A DNA stretch of 64,000 nt from Candidatus Aenigmatarchaeota archaeon. Lineage in GTDB: Archaea > Aenigmatarchaeota > Aenigmatarchaeia > CG10238-14 > SCSR01. Below are positions 28,770-38,253 of this stretch, piece by piece. The notes under the pieces were generated by a model. The model searched no databases and had not been told where the DNA came from. It saw only the letters and a program-made list of their open reading frames with translations. The stretch spans positions 190,717-254,716 of the forward strand of contig JAHLMT010000001.1 of NCBI GenBank assembly GCA_018920185.1, written 5' to 3'. The translations under genes were made by a program, and so were the position numbers. Numbering within the stretch: position 1 is the stretch's first letter; every line of letters starts with the position of its first letter.

Positions 28770-29753
28770 ATGATTATAGAAACTTATGACTTGACAAGAA
28801 AATATGGCAAGTTGGTAGCAGTTAACAAAGTTAATTTAACAATAGAAGATGGTGAAGTTTTCGGTCTATTGGGTCCTAATGGGGCAGGCAAGACAACATT
28901 AATCTCCATGCTCTGCACAATCCTCAAACCAACATCGGGTACAGCAAAAGTTAATGGTTATGATATAGTTAAACAACAACCTCAGGTTAGGAAATCGATT
29001 GGTATAGTTTTCCAAGATCCAAGCTTGGATGACAGACTTACAGGGAGAGAAAATCTGGAAATGCACTCAGCTTTGTACGGAGTCCCTAAGAATGAAAGAA
29101 AGAAAAGAATCGATAGTGTATTGGAATTAGTTGGCTTGACTGACAAACAAGATATCATAGTAAGAAATTATTCTGGTGGGATGAAAAGACGACTTGAAAT
29201 AGCAAGAGGGTTGATTCATTATCCTAAAGTTCTATTTTTGGATGAGCCCACGTTAGGTTTAGATCCTCAAACAAGAGAGCACATATGGGCATATATTAAA
29301 AATCTTTCCGAAAAAGAAAATATAACAATTGTGTTAACAACACACTACATGGATGAAGCTGACATACTTTGTGATAGGGTCGCAATAATAGATTATGGTG
29401 AAATAAAAGTTCTTGGCACACCAGAAGCATTGAAAGGCAAATTAGAAGGTGAAGTGCTGATTTTAGACACCAACGATGGTGAAAAACTGAAAAAGAAAAT
29501 TGAAACATTAAGTTTTATAAAGAAAATTGATGTTAGAGGAAACGAGTTGAGAGTTGCAGTCAAAGGAAGTGAAAAATATCTTCCTAAAATCATAGATGTT
29601 GCAAAACAATGCAATGTCTCCATAGAATCTATAAGTATCCGAAAACCAACACTAAGCGACGTATTTTTGCATTATACTGGAAGAGAAATTAGAGAAGAAA
29701 TGGGAAATGTGAAGGAAATAATGAAAGCACATGCGAGGAGATGGGTAAGATGA
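28770..29753 (+). CDS. ABC transporter ATP-binding protein (ABC-2/DrrA-like)
   Basis: Walker A GPNGAGKTT, signature YSGGMKRRLEIARGL, Walker B LFLDEPTLGLD. Confidence 0.85.
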   Translation: MIIETYDLTRKYGKLVAVNKVNLTIEDGEVFGLLGPNGAGKTTLISMLCTILKPTSGTAKVNGYDIVKQQPQVRKSIGIVFQDPSLDDRLTGRENLEMHSALYGVPKNERKKRIDSVLELVGLTDKQDIIVRNYSGGMKRRLEIARGLIHYPKVLFLDEPTLGLDPQTREHIWAYIKNLSEKENITIVLTTHYMDEADILCDRVAIIDYGEIKVLGTPEALKGKLEGEVLILDTNDGEKLKKKIETLSFIKKIDVRGNELRVAVKGSEKYLPKIIDVAKQCNVSIESISIRKPTLSDVFLHYTGREIREEMGNVKEIMKAHARRWVR

Positions 29754-30493
29754 GCGAACTTGAAGGTGTATATTGGATTTGGTTAAGAGATTTGAAAAGA
29801 TTTTGGAGGTCAACTTCTAGGTTAATAGGTTCATTTGCGATGCCGATTTTATTCTTGGTAATCTTTGGCGCAGGTTTTAATTTCGTTCGAATAGGAAGCG
29901 TTAACTATACAACATTTCTTTTTCCAGGAATAGTTGCCATGTCATTGCTATTCACATCACTGAATTCAGGTATATCCGTCATCTGGGACCGAGAATTCGG
30001 TTTCATGAAAGAAATTCTTGTATCTCCGATATTAAGGATCTCTATATTCATCGGAAAATCTTTAGGAGGTGTAAGCACTGCAATCATACAAGGCGTGATA
30101 ATTTTGTTGCTTTCCTTCTTCATAGGCATACATATTTCACTCACATCATTCTTGATTGCATTACCCATAATGGTTTTAATATCACTTGGTATGGTTGGAT
30201 TAGGATTAATAATAGCATCTTTTGTAGAGACTTTTGAAGGTTTTGGCTTGATAATGAATTTTATTAATTTTCCTCTATTCTTTACTAGTGGAGCTATATT
30301 TCCATTAGATCAAGCACCGACATGGCTGAAAGCAATTTCTTATGTTAATCCTGTAACTTACGGTGTAGACGCATTAAGACAAGTTCTTATTGGAATCTCC
30401 TCACTCTCATTTTTTACGGATATACTTGTGGTTATTGTATTTACATTTGCAACAATCTTGATAGGTAATTTGGCTTTTAACAGACAGAAATAG
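29741..30493 (+). CDS. ABC-2 type transporter permease
   Basis: Six TM helices, 250 aa, overlaps the ATPase gene by 13 bp. Confidence 0.75.
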   Translation: MGKMSELEGVYWIWLRDLKRFWRSTSRLIGSFAMPILFLVIFGAGFNFVRIGSVNYTTFLFPGIVAMSLLFTSLNSGISVIWDREFGFMKEILVSPILRISIFIGKSLGGVSTAIIQGVIILLLSFFIGIHISLTSFLIALPIMVLISLGMVGLGLIIASFVETFEGFGLIMNFINFPLFFTSGAIFPLDQAPTWLKAISYVNPVTYGVDALRQVLIGISSLSFFTDILVVIVFTFATILIGNLAFNRQK

Positions 30494-30581
30494 ATCTTAG
30501 TGTGGGCAGTACAAATATTAGAGATTAATTTTCTATAAGATTTCTATCAGAATTGGTGTTAATAATAAAAAAGCAAAGTGA

Positions 30582-31814
30582 TTAAGCTATTACTTTTATA
30601 CCCTTGAGATAATTTTCTATTCCTTTCTCTTTAATTAATTTCGTGAACTGTTTTTTAATTTTCGGATTGCTCTCAGCTACAATCTTCAAAGCCTCAAACA
30701 GGAACTCATCAAACCTTCTTCTTATCTCATCAAGTTCTATTACGGCTTTTGCGTCTAGTGGAAAATCACATTTTTTGCAGAACTGCGATAGAATATTATT
30801 TTCTTCACTACATTTAGGACAGATTTTGGTTGAGATCTGCTTCACTTCTTTTATTTCCTCAGCTTTTAACCCATGCATTTTCAGTAGAGCTTCATCTAAG
30901 TCTTTATTGTCCAAGTGCAAGTAAACAGCTGGCATGTCAGAATTCATAACCCAACCAAACTTCATTTTTAGTAAAGCTTCTGGTAACTGCTTGCAAAAAT
31001 ATGTAGCACTAGCGTGCCTGAAAGCATGTGGGTTAACTGGCTTTGTTATTCCAGCCCTCTTAGCTATGTTATACAAAAGAAACCTAACAGTAGAATAATT
31101 CATAAGATTGAATCTACTCTTATCACCAAAAGTTATCCAAACAAAAGCTTCTTGCTTATCTTTCAAAGGATGAACTTCCAGCCAATCTTTTAAAGCCTTC
31201 TGATATTTAATTATTCTTATCTCTCTGCTTCCTGTCTTTCCATTAACAAAGAACTTAATGCCAAAAGTATCAAACCTGATATCGCCTATTTTCAAAGGCA
31301 GTAATTCACCTATTCTACAACCACTCTCAAACAAAATAAGTATAAATGCCTTATCTCTTGGATTATCTGTGGTGTTAGCTAATTTCTCTATTTCATCTAC
31401 TGTTAGGACCTTTCCCTGCAGCTTTTCGTTATTTTTCTTTCTCGGTGCTTTAATCCATTTCACTTCAGGAGGGTAATCTTCGCTATTTCTTAACCACTTG
31501 TAAAACCTTCTAATGATAACCTTGTGATCATGTTTTGTGAAATCAGACCATTTTTTGTTATTTTCTATCTTACTAACCAAATCCACTATATCTTCTTTAG
31601 CAGCATTTCTCAAGGATTTATTTAAAATTCTAACGATATTCATTAAGCTGTAAATGTACTTGATAATCCTTCCAGTAGAAATACCTTCAGCAGAAAGATA
31701 CTTTACAAACTTTAGTATATCCTCTCTATTTTCTTTATCTATCTCATTCAGTTTATTTAAAAAGTATTGCAATCTTCTCTCATAATTGTGTATATCCACT
31801 CTCATATTCTGCAC
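30582..31814 (-). CDS. int: Tyrosine recombinase/integrase (phage-integrase family); GTG start at 31814 or ATG at 31805
   Basis: N-terminal SAM-like core-binding domain; catalytic R (GSREIRI), HxxR (NPHAFRHASAT), W/H and Tyr (PAVYLHLD); C-terminal CPKC...CKKC zinc ribbon. Confidence 0.85.
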   Translation of the reverse strand: MQNMRVDIHNYERRLQYFLNKLNEIDKENREDILKFVKYLSAEGISTGRIIKYIYSLMNIVRILNKSLRNAAKEDIVDLVSKIENNKKWSDFTKHDHKVIIRRFYKWLRNSEDYPPEVKWIKAPRKKNNEKLQGKVLTVDEIEKLANTTDNPRDKAFILILFESGCRIGELLPLKIGDIRFDTFGIKFFVNGKTGSREIRIIKYQKALKDWLEVHPLKDKQEAFVWITFGDKSRFNLMNYSTVRFLLYNIAKRAGITKPVNPHAFRHASATYFCKQLPEALLKMKFGWVMNSDMPAVYLHLDNKDLDEALLKMHGLKAEEIKEVKQISTKICPKCSEENNILSQFCKKCDFPLDAKAVIELDEIRRRFDEFLFEALKIVAESNPKIKKQFTKLIKEKGIENYLKGIKVIA

Positions 31815-31844
31815 TCAGTCTTCTGATTTCTTTAAGACTGGTGC
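31811..31844 (-). promoter_or_regulatory. Strong hairpin (GCAC-CAGTCTT...AAGACTG-GTGC) overlapping the integrase start codon
   Basis: 11-bp interrupted stem with 11-nt loop; possible translational control or terminator of the upstream GC-rich block. Confidence 0.35.
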
Positions 31845-32470
31845 ACTGCGTTAGAAAATCATGCGGGAAGTGAGCGAATCGACAATAAGGAATGAAGGAC
31901 TTGCTTTTTACCACATACCCGATATATGTCTCACTGCGTCGTTCGATGAGACACAAGATAAGCTAACTTCGTATTATTTTCGAGCCCCCGCGTAAAATGA
32001 TACATCTTTTCGAGCGTCCAGGAGACGAACCTCAGAAATTGCACTTTCCTGAAACGCGCATTCTCAAACTTCCCTAAAGCCAATTCGACGCAAGAGAACA
32101 ATCAAAGATGAGGCATCCCACATCCAGCAATGACCTTCTCGTCTGAATATCACGCTGTAAATGCCAACTTGATGAAATATGCTTGCCTTGATTCCACACC
32201 TAAAAGACTCCTTCGCATGAATGTATCTGATGGAATCCCGTCGAATCCACTGGATCGTGTCTTCTACCTGCAACAGATATACATGAGCTATCTCTTCTAA
32301 GTCGGGCAATGCAAGTCGCAGTAATCCCTCTGGTTTCAATACACTTCTCGCAGGAGTGTTTTGGCTTGAGATCGGAAGGTGTTCTAGTAAATGACTCGCG
32401 TAGCATAACCATGGATATCTGTTTTCATGCGATAGGTATGGTTTCCCGGAACTATAAAGCTAAGATTCAG

Positions 32471-32588
32471 CGCTGGAGGTGGGATTCGAACCCACATGAG
32501 CTTATGCTCGCTGGTTATCTCTCATTCATCTGGTTCATAGCAACTTTCGACTCAAGACCAGTGCCCCACCAGGTTAGGCGACTCCAGC
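32471..32588 (-). tRNA. Intron-containing class II tRNA, best read as tRNA-Ser(UGA)
   Basis: Acceptor GCTGGAG/CTCCAGC, discriminator G, T-arm GTGGG-TTCGAAT-CCCAC, D-arm GCC...GGC with GG, anticodon stem CTGGT/ACCAG with loop CTTGAG[about 34-nt insert]A (anticodon TGA), variable arm hairpin GAGC-ATAA-GCTC; 118 nt total. Confidence 0.6.
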
Positions 32589-32692
32589 ATGTCACATCAT
32601 CTGTTATCAGCTCTTGAGCCTTAATATTATATTAAAAGGAAAATTGACTAATTAAAGTTCTAAGAAAAACTCGAATTAACATCAAAAAACCA

Positions 32693-33004
32693 TTAAATAA
32701 AATCTTCTTTTAAATTTTGCTTTATAACTTCCAACTTTCCCGCTTTCGGTATGTTCAACTGAAGAACATTCCTGAACTGTGTGACATACGCCCCCCGAAT
32801 AATAACATTATCCCCCACAGAAACAGAGTCTATTTGATCTTCCCACAAAGAGAATCTTATTTGTCCTGTGTCGTCTTCAATAATGGCATCAGCCACAGTT
32901 CTTATGCCATATTTTGTATTCACATCTCGCGGCTCGCTTATTTCAACAACCTTAGCTTCAACAGTTATTCCACTCATTCCTAGCTTTATGTCAGCAATTT
33001 TCAT
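32693..33004 (-). CDS. OB-fold nucleic-acid-binding protein (SSB/RPA-like single OB domain)
   Basis: 103 aa, beta-rich; pattern GITVEAKVVEISEPR...IRFSLWEDQ typical of OB-fold ssDNA binders. Confidence 0.45.
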   Translation of the reverse strand: MKIADIKLGMSGITVEAKVVEISEPRDVNTKYGIRTVADAIIEDDTGQIRFSLWEDQIDSVSVGDNVIIRGAYVTQFRNVLQLNIPKAGKLEVIKQNLKEDFI

Positions 33005-33036
33005 AAAATCTCACTTGATTTTTAATTTTTTATTTA

Positions 33037-33996
33037 TTAAGCTTTTCCCCATTTTGGATACATACCTCTTGACATCAACACTCTATCAACTCTGACAGAT
33101 ATACCTGTCTTTCTGTTTAGCATCTCTTCACTAGTCATCTTGGATATACCCAAAGCTATCAATTCTTCTTTTAAAGTCATCACAGCAACAAGTTCGCCTT
33201 TACTAATCCCTTCTTGTATTCTAGTTATTCCGTTAGGATATAATGGTGAACCATTGCAAAGAGCATCGACGGCAGAATCTTTTACAAAAACTTTTTTAAC
33301 ATGTGGAATAGCATATTCTATTGGAATTAAAATTTTTCTCAAATTAGTTTCATCTTTATTTTCTTTCCAAAGTTCATAAGCATCTCTAATTTCAACTAAA
33401 GAACGTGCATCATCTTCGGTGAAATTACCGACTTTGGTTCTTCTTAATTCAGACATATGTGCACCAACTTTCAGAGCTTGTCCAATATCATGACATAATT
33501 TTCTGATATACGTCCCGGCCTCACAACCAACTTTAAATAAAACATCCTTATTCTCAATTTCCAAGATATCAAAAAAATAAATTTCACGTTCTCTTTCGAC
33601 TCTTGCAACTGCTGATTTTTTTGGTGGCACTTGTCTTATCTTTCCAACAAATTTTTTAACAATAACATCTCTTAAAATATCTTCTGAGACTTCTTTATGT
33701 AAATGCATCACACCAACATATTCTTTATCCAGTCCTGTTAATACAGGCATAGCTTTAGTTGCATTTTCTAGAGCTATTGGTAAAACACCAGTTACTGACG
33801 GATCAAGCGTACCAGAATGTCCACAGTTTTTAACATTAAAAATATCTCTTACCCATGCTGTAATTTGATGTGATGTAGGTCCTGAATTTTTATCTACAAT
33901 TATTAAAGCAGAATTAATTAGTTCTTCGATGGTTCTATCTTTCGGTGATTTGCCATATTCAAGACTTGATTCTTCTTCAGACTTTATAAGCCACAT
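33037..33996 (-). CDS. cbf5: tRNA/rRNA pseudouridine synthase Cbf5 (TruB family, with PUA domain)
   Basis: TruB catalytic motif GHSGTLDP; C-terminal PUA; conserved position next to L14e. Confidence 0.9.
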   Translation of the reverse strand: MWLIKSEEESSLEYGKSPKDRTIEELINSALIIVDKNSGPTSHQITAWVRDIFNVKNCGHSGTLDPSVTGVLPIALENATKAMPVLTGLDKEYVGVMHLHKEVSEDILRDVIVKKFVGKIRQVPPKKSAVARVEREREIYFFDILEIENKDVLFKVGCEAGTYIRKLCHDIGQALKVGAHMSELRRTKVGNFTEDDARSLVEIRDAYELWKENKDETNLRKILIPIEYAIPHVKKVFVKDSAVDALCNGSPLYPNGITRIQEGISKGELVAVMTLKEELIALGISKMTSEEMLNRKTGISVRVDRVLMSRGMYPKWGKA

Positions 33997-34142
33997 TTTA
34001 ATTATAAAAGAATAAATTGCTATTTATATGAATTTTGAATTTATCATCAAAAGATTTTTTGCAAATTACCCCGTCGTGTGATCAGTAAATCCTCATCTAT
34101 TAAACCATTCTATTAATGTTCTCTGGTAGAATTTCTTAAAAA

Positions 34143-34529
34143 CTAAGATGCACTACTGTTTTCTGTTTTATTTTCATCTTCTTTAGCTTTTTTCTTCGAT
34201 TCTTTCACAGCTTCTTTAGTTCCTGATTTGGTTTTTTCAGCTTTTAATTCAGCAGCAGAAGGTAATTTTAAATTAAATTTCTTAATAACATTTGCTTTCT
34301 TGTAAGCTTCCATAACTTCTTCATCAGTAGCATCTTCCTTAATATCCAACTTAATCTCAGTAGGTTCTAAATGTTCTACATTACATCTCCTTCGTTTAAC
34401 TCCTGTCACTAACTTAGGTCCGGTAACTATTACAAAATTTTTATCAACTGGCTTAACAACAGTACAAATTTGTCCTCCCTCACGACCGGCAACTTTCATA
34501 CAAACTCTTCCAACATCTAATGTTACCAT
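34143..34529 (-). CDS. rpl14e: 50S ribosomal protein L14e (KOW) with K/E-rich C-terminal extension
   Basis: GRVCMKVAGREGGQICTVV KOW motif; start taken at the internal Met (MVTLDVGRV) to avoid overlapping L34e. Confidence 0.8.
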   Translation of the reverse strand: MVTLDVGRVCMKVAGREGGQICTVVKPVDKNFVIVTGPKLVTGVKRRRCNVEHLEPTEIKLDIKEDATDEEVMEAYKKANVIKKFNLKLPSAAELKAEKTKSGTKEAVKESKKKAKEDENKTENSSAS

Positions 34530-34530
34530 A

Positions 34531-34761
34531 TTACACCCTCGCTTTTTCTCTAAATACCTCCCTACTGCAGCTGGGGCAGAAATAACCACCATAAGGACGT
34601 TCTGGTCTTCTTTCGGTTGCACTTAATTTCCTAAGTTCACTTGGAATCTTCCGTGGGACACCACATAAAGGCGATTTACAGTTTGCACATTTTGCTTTTG
34701 AAGGTCTTTCTTTCCTTTCACGAAATACTACTTTTCCCGATGGTGTTCTTCTTTTTATCAT
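34531..34761 (-). CDS. rpl34e: 50S ribosomal protein L34e
   Basis: Zinc-ribbon CANCKSPLCG...CPSC and basic composition. Confidence 0.85.
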   Translation of the reverse strand: MIKRRTPSGKVVFRERKERPSKAKCANCKSPLCGVPRKIPSELRKLSATERRPERPYGGYFCPSCSREVFREKARV

Positions 34762-35256
34762 TTACTCACCTAAGAATTTTCTAAGTAACCAACTACCTGT
34801 AATTGAAACAAGAATATACCATCCAATCCAATTTATGTTATTTCCTATTACTGGCAAAGAAAAGGGCAAGTTAGCAACGGTCACGCCACTAAATCTGGCA
34901 TTAGCCCAAGGAAACAAAATAATAACAACAATAAATGTGAGGGCTATTACTTTGAAAGTTTGACGTAAGTACTGATTGTTTATAGCCATGTATTCACTCA
35001 AGAATTTATTTATATCACTCTTCCTCCCTTCTTTCTGTGCTCTTGTGAGATTTTCTTTTACAATAGCAAGTTTTTCCTTAATTTCTTTTGCAACTTTTCT
35101 ATTTATCATCAGTCTGTTTATTCCGTAAATTATCGTGGTCAGTACCATCGAGAATATGAACAGCCCTACATGTGGTTTAAGAGCTAGTAAAGGTGCAAAT
35201 AAAGGATCGACAATTACTGCAAATGGATTCAACAAATCAAATACCATTTTATTCAC
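34762..35256 (-). CDS. DUF106 family membrane protein (archaeal YidC/Oxa1/EMC3-like insertase)
   Basis: Three TM helices with coiled-coil loop; conserved position downstream of secY. Confidence 0.7.
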   Translation of the reverse strand: MNKMVFDLLNPFAVIVDPLFAPLLALKPHVGLFIFSMVLTTIIYGINRLMINRKVAKEIKEKLAIVKENLTRAQKEGRKSDINKFLSEYMAINNQYLRQTFKVIALTFIVVIILFPWANARFSGVTVANLPFSLPVIGNNINWIGWYILVSITGSWLLRKFLGE

Positions 35257-36670
35257 CTACAATTTTTCTTATAAGCGGATGTGCTTCATCGAGCTTCTCA
35301 TGTTGCAACTGCTCGTAATAATTATACACAATCATAACAGTTAAAAGCATTCCTGTTCCAGTGCCTATAGCTCCAACAAGATCGGCAAACGCAGCAAGTA
35401 AGCCAATAGCTAACCCACCTAAAACAGATAGTGGTGGTATATACCGATTTAGAACGGCTTCCATAACTGCTACATCTTTTCTGTAACCTGGTATCTGCAG
35501 ACCAACACTATCAAGCTGCTTTGCAACAGCTGAAGCATTCATGCCCGCAGTATTTACCCAAAATACGGAAAATATGGTTGCACCTATTGCCAAAAATAAA
35601 GTATATGTCAAAGCTCTGATAACTTCGCTTGGAACTAGTGTGCCAAAAATTATTTGTTGTAAGAGGCTATTGTGAAAACTACCTCCACCAGGGGCAGATA
35701 GATAATATACAGCACCACTAACAGCATTACCAACTTGATCAAAACATCCCATCAAGGAACATGTCAATCCATCTGGCGTAACAGTTGCACCTATTCTGCC
35801 TAGCAATTGTATATTTGCAATTAGCGCAGCAGTAAGAATTACAGGTATGTTGCTTGTGTATAAAAGCTTCAGGTCCCACGTCCTACCAAATCCTCTAAGG
35901 GCAGAAAAAGCTAGAGGAATTTGAATTTTTATATGCTGTGCATAGACCACGATTATAAAAACTATTGCAGTTGTGATAACAGGAATTAGATACGCAAGAG
36001 CTAATGAAGAATTACCGTTTAGCAAGCTGAATATAAAACCTGGTAAACCCCCAGCTACCCTTCCGCCAGCTGATAGAGGACTTATCAATCCTATAATAAG
36101 TTGAGTCGCGACTCCCGCAGCGATGAATAAGCTCACACCAGAACCAAATCCCCATTTGCTAACCAGTTCATCTAGAATTATCACAATAAGTCCCCCTGCT
36201 GCTAACTGAAGGATGACAAATAAAATTATCGGTAACGTGTTTCGAACAGGTAAAGCACCTGAAAGAACAAATGCAGTAGCTTCAACAAATGCCAGAACTA
36301 TAGCTAAAAATTTATTCCATGTCTGGAATTTTCTTCTACCTTCGGGTTTTGTCGTGTCCCAGTTAATAATTTTTGATCCTACTAAAAGTTGCATGATAAT
36401 ACCGCCAGTAACTATCGGACCGATACCAAGCGTCATCAAGCTCCCAAACTTCGAGCCGAGAACTATTTCAAAGAATCTAAACTGTTGGAAAGAGGCAGAT
36501 ACATCAACACCGTAAACAATTATCCATGATAGCAAAAGATAAAGCAATAAAGCGATACCAGTCCATTTTAATCTCTGATTTAGACTTTGTTTGTATTCAG
36601 GCTTACTAATAGCTGGTAAGAGCTTGACAATTCTAGAGGCAAAATCCTTTTTTCCTTCTTCTTCCTCCAT
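35249..36670 (-). CDS. secY: Preprotein translocase subunit SecY
   Basis: 473 aa, 10 TM helices, canonical SecY N-terminus and position after L15. Confidence 0.9.
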   Translation of the reverse strand: MEEEEGKKDFASRIVKLLPAISKPEYKQSLNQRLKWTGIALLLYLLLSWIIVYGVDVSASFQQFRFFEIVLGSKFGSLMTLGIGPIVTGGIIMQLLVGSKIINWDTTKPEGRRKFQTWNKFLAIVLAFVEATAFVLSGALPVRNTLPIILFVILQLAAGGLIVIILDELVSKWGFGSGVSLFIAAGVATQLIIGLISPLSAGGRVAGGLPGFIFSLLNGNSSLALAYLIPVITTAIVFIIVVYAQHIKIQIPLAFSALRGFGRTWDLKLLYTSNIPVILTAALIANIQLLGRIGATVTPDGLTCSLMGCFDQVGNAVSGAVYYLSAPGGGSFHNSLLQQIIFGTLVPSEVIRALTYTLFLAIGATIFSVFWVNTAGMNASAVAKQLDSVGLQIPGYRKDVAVMEAVLNRYIPPLSVLGGLAIGLLAAFADLVGAIGTGTGMLLTVMIVYNYYEQLQHEKLDEAHPLIRKIVGE

Positions 36671-36674
36671 AAAT

Positions 36675-37124
36675 TTAACCTAGCTTAATAGCTTTACCAC
36701 CCGCTTCTTCTAATTTCTTTATAGCGTTCTTAGAAAAATATTTCCCCTCAACTATGATTGGCTTTTTGATTTTACCATCACCTAAAAGTTTGTCATAACC
36801 GATTTCTTCAAGATTAACTTTTATTCTTCCTTCCTCTTCTTTAACAAGCTTCTGTTCTTTCAGATTGTCAATCATCCGATCTAAATCTTTCAGATTTATC
36901 GTCTTAATTTCTTTGACAAGTGAAGGATGGCGAGTGAAACCATGTTTGCCGAAATGTTCTGGGTCATATTTTAACATATATCCCCTTTTATGAGTTTTTA
37001 ATCCTGCTTGACCAACGCCACCTCTGTTGCCCGCTCCCCGCCATTTCTTATGTGAACCATGATAATGTCTTTGCCCCCGAAATCGCGAATGCTTTTTTCT
37101 TTTTCTAACAACCATGTTTCTCAC
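36675..37124 (-). CDS. rpl15: 50S ribosomal protein L15 (uL15)
   Basis: G/R-rich N-terminus RGAGNRGGVGQAG. Confidence 0.9.
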   Translation of the reverse strand: MRNMVVRKRKKHSRFRGQRHYHGSHKKWRGAGNRGGVGQAGLKTHKRGYMLKYDPEHFGKHGFTRHPSLVKEIKTINLKDLDRMIDNLKEQKLVKEEEGRIKVNLEEIGYDKLLGDGKIKKPIIVEGKYFSKNAIKKLEEAGGKAIKLG

Positions 37125-37153
37125 TAGGTTTTTAAGATAGAAAAATTTATATG

Positions 37154-37603
37154 TTAAATCATCCTCATCAACAATTCATTAATTTCATTTCCTCTATACC
37201 CTAAATCCCCTTCTGGATAATTTTGTTTTATAGATTTAAAACCTTTTGACGGTGGTGTTAATTTTATAACAGGTTTCACTTTAAATTGACTCAATTTAAC
37301 CTTACCCGACATTAAATCATCGGCCAGCTCTTCATATGAATTATATCCAGTAATCGGCTTTAGTTCAACAATTCTTTTATTGTCAATTGTTCTCAATCTT
37401 TTCTTCAAAACTTCAACTAAAGTCTGCTTCTCTACCTCACCATAAGTTACGTAATTCTCTACTTTTTTGACCATCCCTTTATAATCGGGAGTTTCTGGTA
37501 CAAACACACAGTTATATGGTGCATCTAATCTCAACATTTTTAATGTATCTCTAATGTCTCTTCTAAGATTAGCTTGACCGCTTATTCTAATTACCGCAAG
37601 CAT
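37154..37603 (-). CDS. rpl30: 50S ribosomal protein L30 (uL30)
   Basis: MLAVIRISGQ start; conserved position. Confidence 0.9.
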   Translation of the reverse strand: MLAVIRISGQANLRRDIRDTLKMLRLDAPYNCVFVPETPDYKGMVKKVENYVTYGEVEKQTLVEVLKKRLRTIDNKRIVELKPITGYNSYEELADDLMSGKVKLSQFKVKPVIKLTPPSKGFKSIKQNYPEGDLGYRGNEINELLMRMI

Positions 37604-37715
37604 ATTAACATACTTGAGATTTAATCCTTAAGAAAATTTAGATACCGTTGACGAAATTCAACCCGTATTTTAGCAAACCGAAATCTTAAATATCTGTAAA
37701 TAGTAAGGTAAAAGT

Positions 37716-38204
37716 ATGAGTTTCCTGCATTCTATATTCAGGCTAATTGATAAGGTACACCCAGCTAGAGTAGCTTATGCCCATTGTGATATTCCTTGTG
37801 GGATATACGACCCCCATATAGCTCAGATGGCTGCCCATACCGTCATCCGAATGATTAATCTAATTAACGAAGCAAAAGATGATGCTCACAAAATATCTCG
37901 CCTCACAGCTATAAAAGAACAACACGCAGAATTATGTAAGCATGAAATCAGAATTTTGTGGGGAGACTATTTCAAACCTGAGCATGTCGAAAAATATCCT
38001 GAATTGAACGAACTTGTGTGGAAAGTGATGAAGCTTGGTTCAAAAGTAAAACAAGAGGTTGATTTACAAGCTGCACAAGAATTATTGGAAACTGTGAATA
38101 AGATAGCTGAAATATTCTGGAAAACTAAAGGATTAGATACTCAAAGAGTAAAAACAACCTTTTATCCAACAGGAAATGAAACAGTATATCCTGTATTTAA
38201 ATAA
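37716..38204 (+). CDS. sodN: Nickel-containing superoxide dismutase precursor
   Basis: Leader peptide followed by the Ni-hook HCDIPCGIYDP; 162 aa precursor; paired with a SodX-type peptidase. Confidence 0.8.
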   Translation: MSFLHSIFRLIDKVHPARVAYAHCDIPCGIYDPHIAQMAAHTVIRMINLINEAKDDAHKISRLTAIKEQHAELCKHEIRILWGDYFKPEHVEKYPELNELVWKVMKLGSKVKQEVDLQAAQELLETVNKIAEIFWKTKGLDTQRVKTTFYPTGNETVYPVFK

Positions 38205-38253
38205 TATGATGTTTCAGGAGTAAATTTTAAAAGAAATAAAAATTGGGATAATC

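Larger units (their letters stand above)
21968..32481. mobile_element. Putative integrated element (integrative plasmid/provirus-like, about 10.5 kb) inserted at the 3' end of a tRNA-Ser-like gene
   Basis: Tyrosine integrase (30582-31814) next to a tRNA; exact 10-bp direct repeat GCTGGAGGTG (tRNA 3' acceptor strand) at 21968-21977 and 32472-32481, the distal copy in an intergenic spacer between core gene TRAM and the HNH gene and resembling a truncated tRNA 3' end (caGGTTCAccTCCAGC); cargo of small Zn-ribbon/wHTH regulators and ABC exporters. Confidence 0.5.

Noticed and set aside
32041-32060. AGGAAAGTG on the minus strand resembling the RNase P RNA P4 motif (AGGAAAGTCC)
   Set aside because: One mismatch, and the expected downstream P4 partner (ACAGAA..GGCTTA) is not found in the correct order; retained only as a hint within the GC-rich-block finding.
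32064-32617. ORFs 32064-32339(-), 32200-32412(-) and 32309-32617(+) in the GC-rich block / over the tRNA
   Set aside because: Mutually overlapping in different frames, R/W/C-rich translations typical of GC-rich non-coding DNA; the plus ORF runs straight through the tRNA gene.
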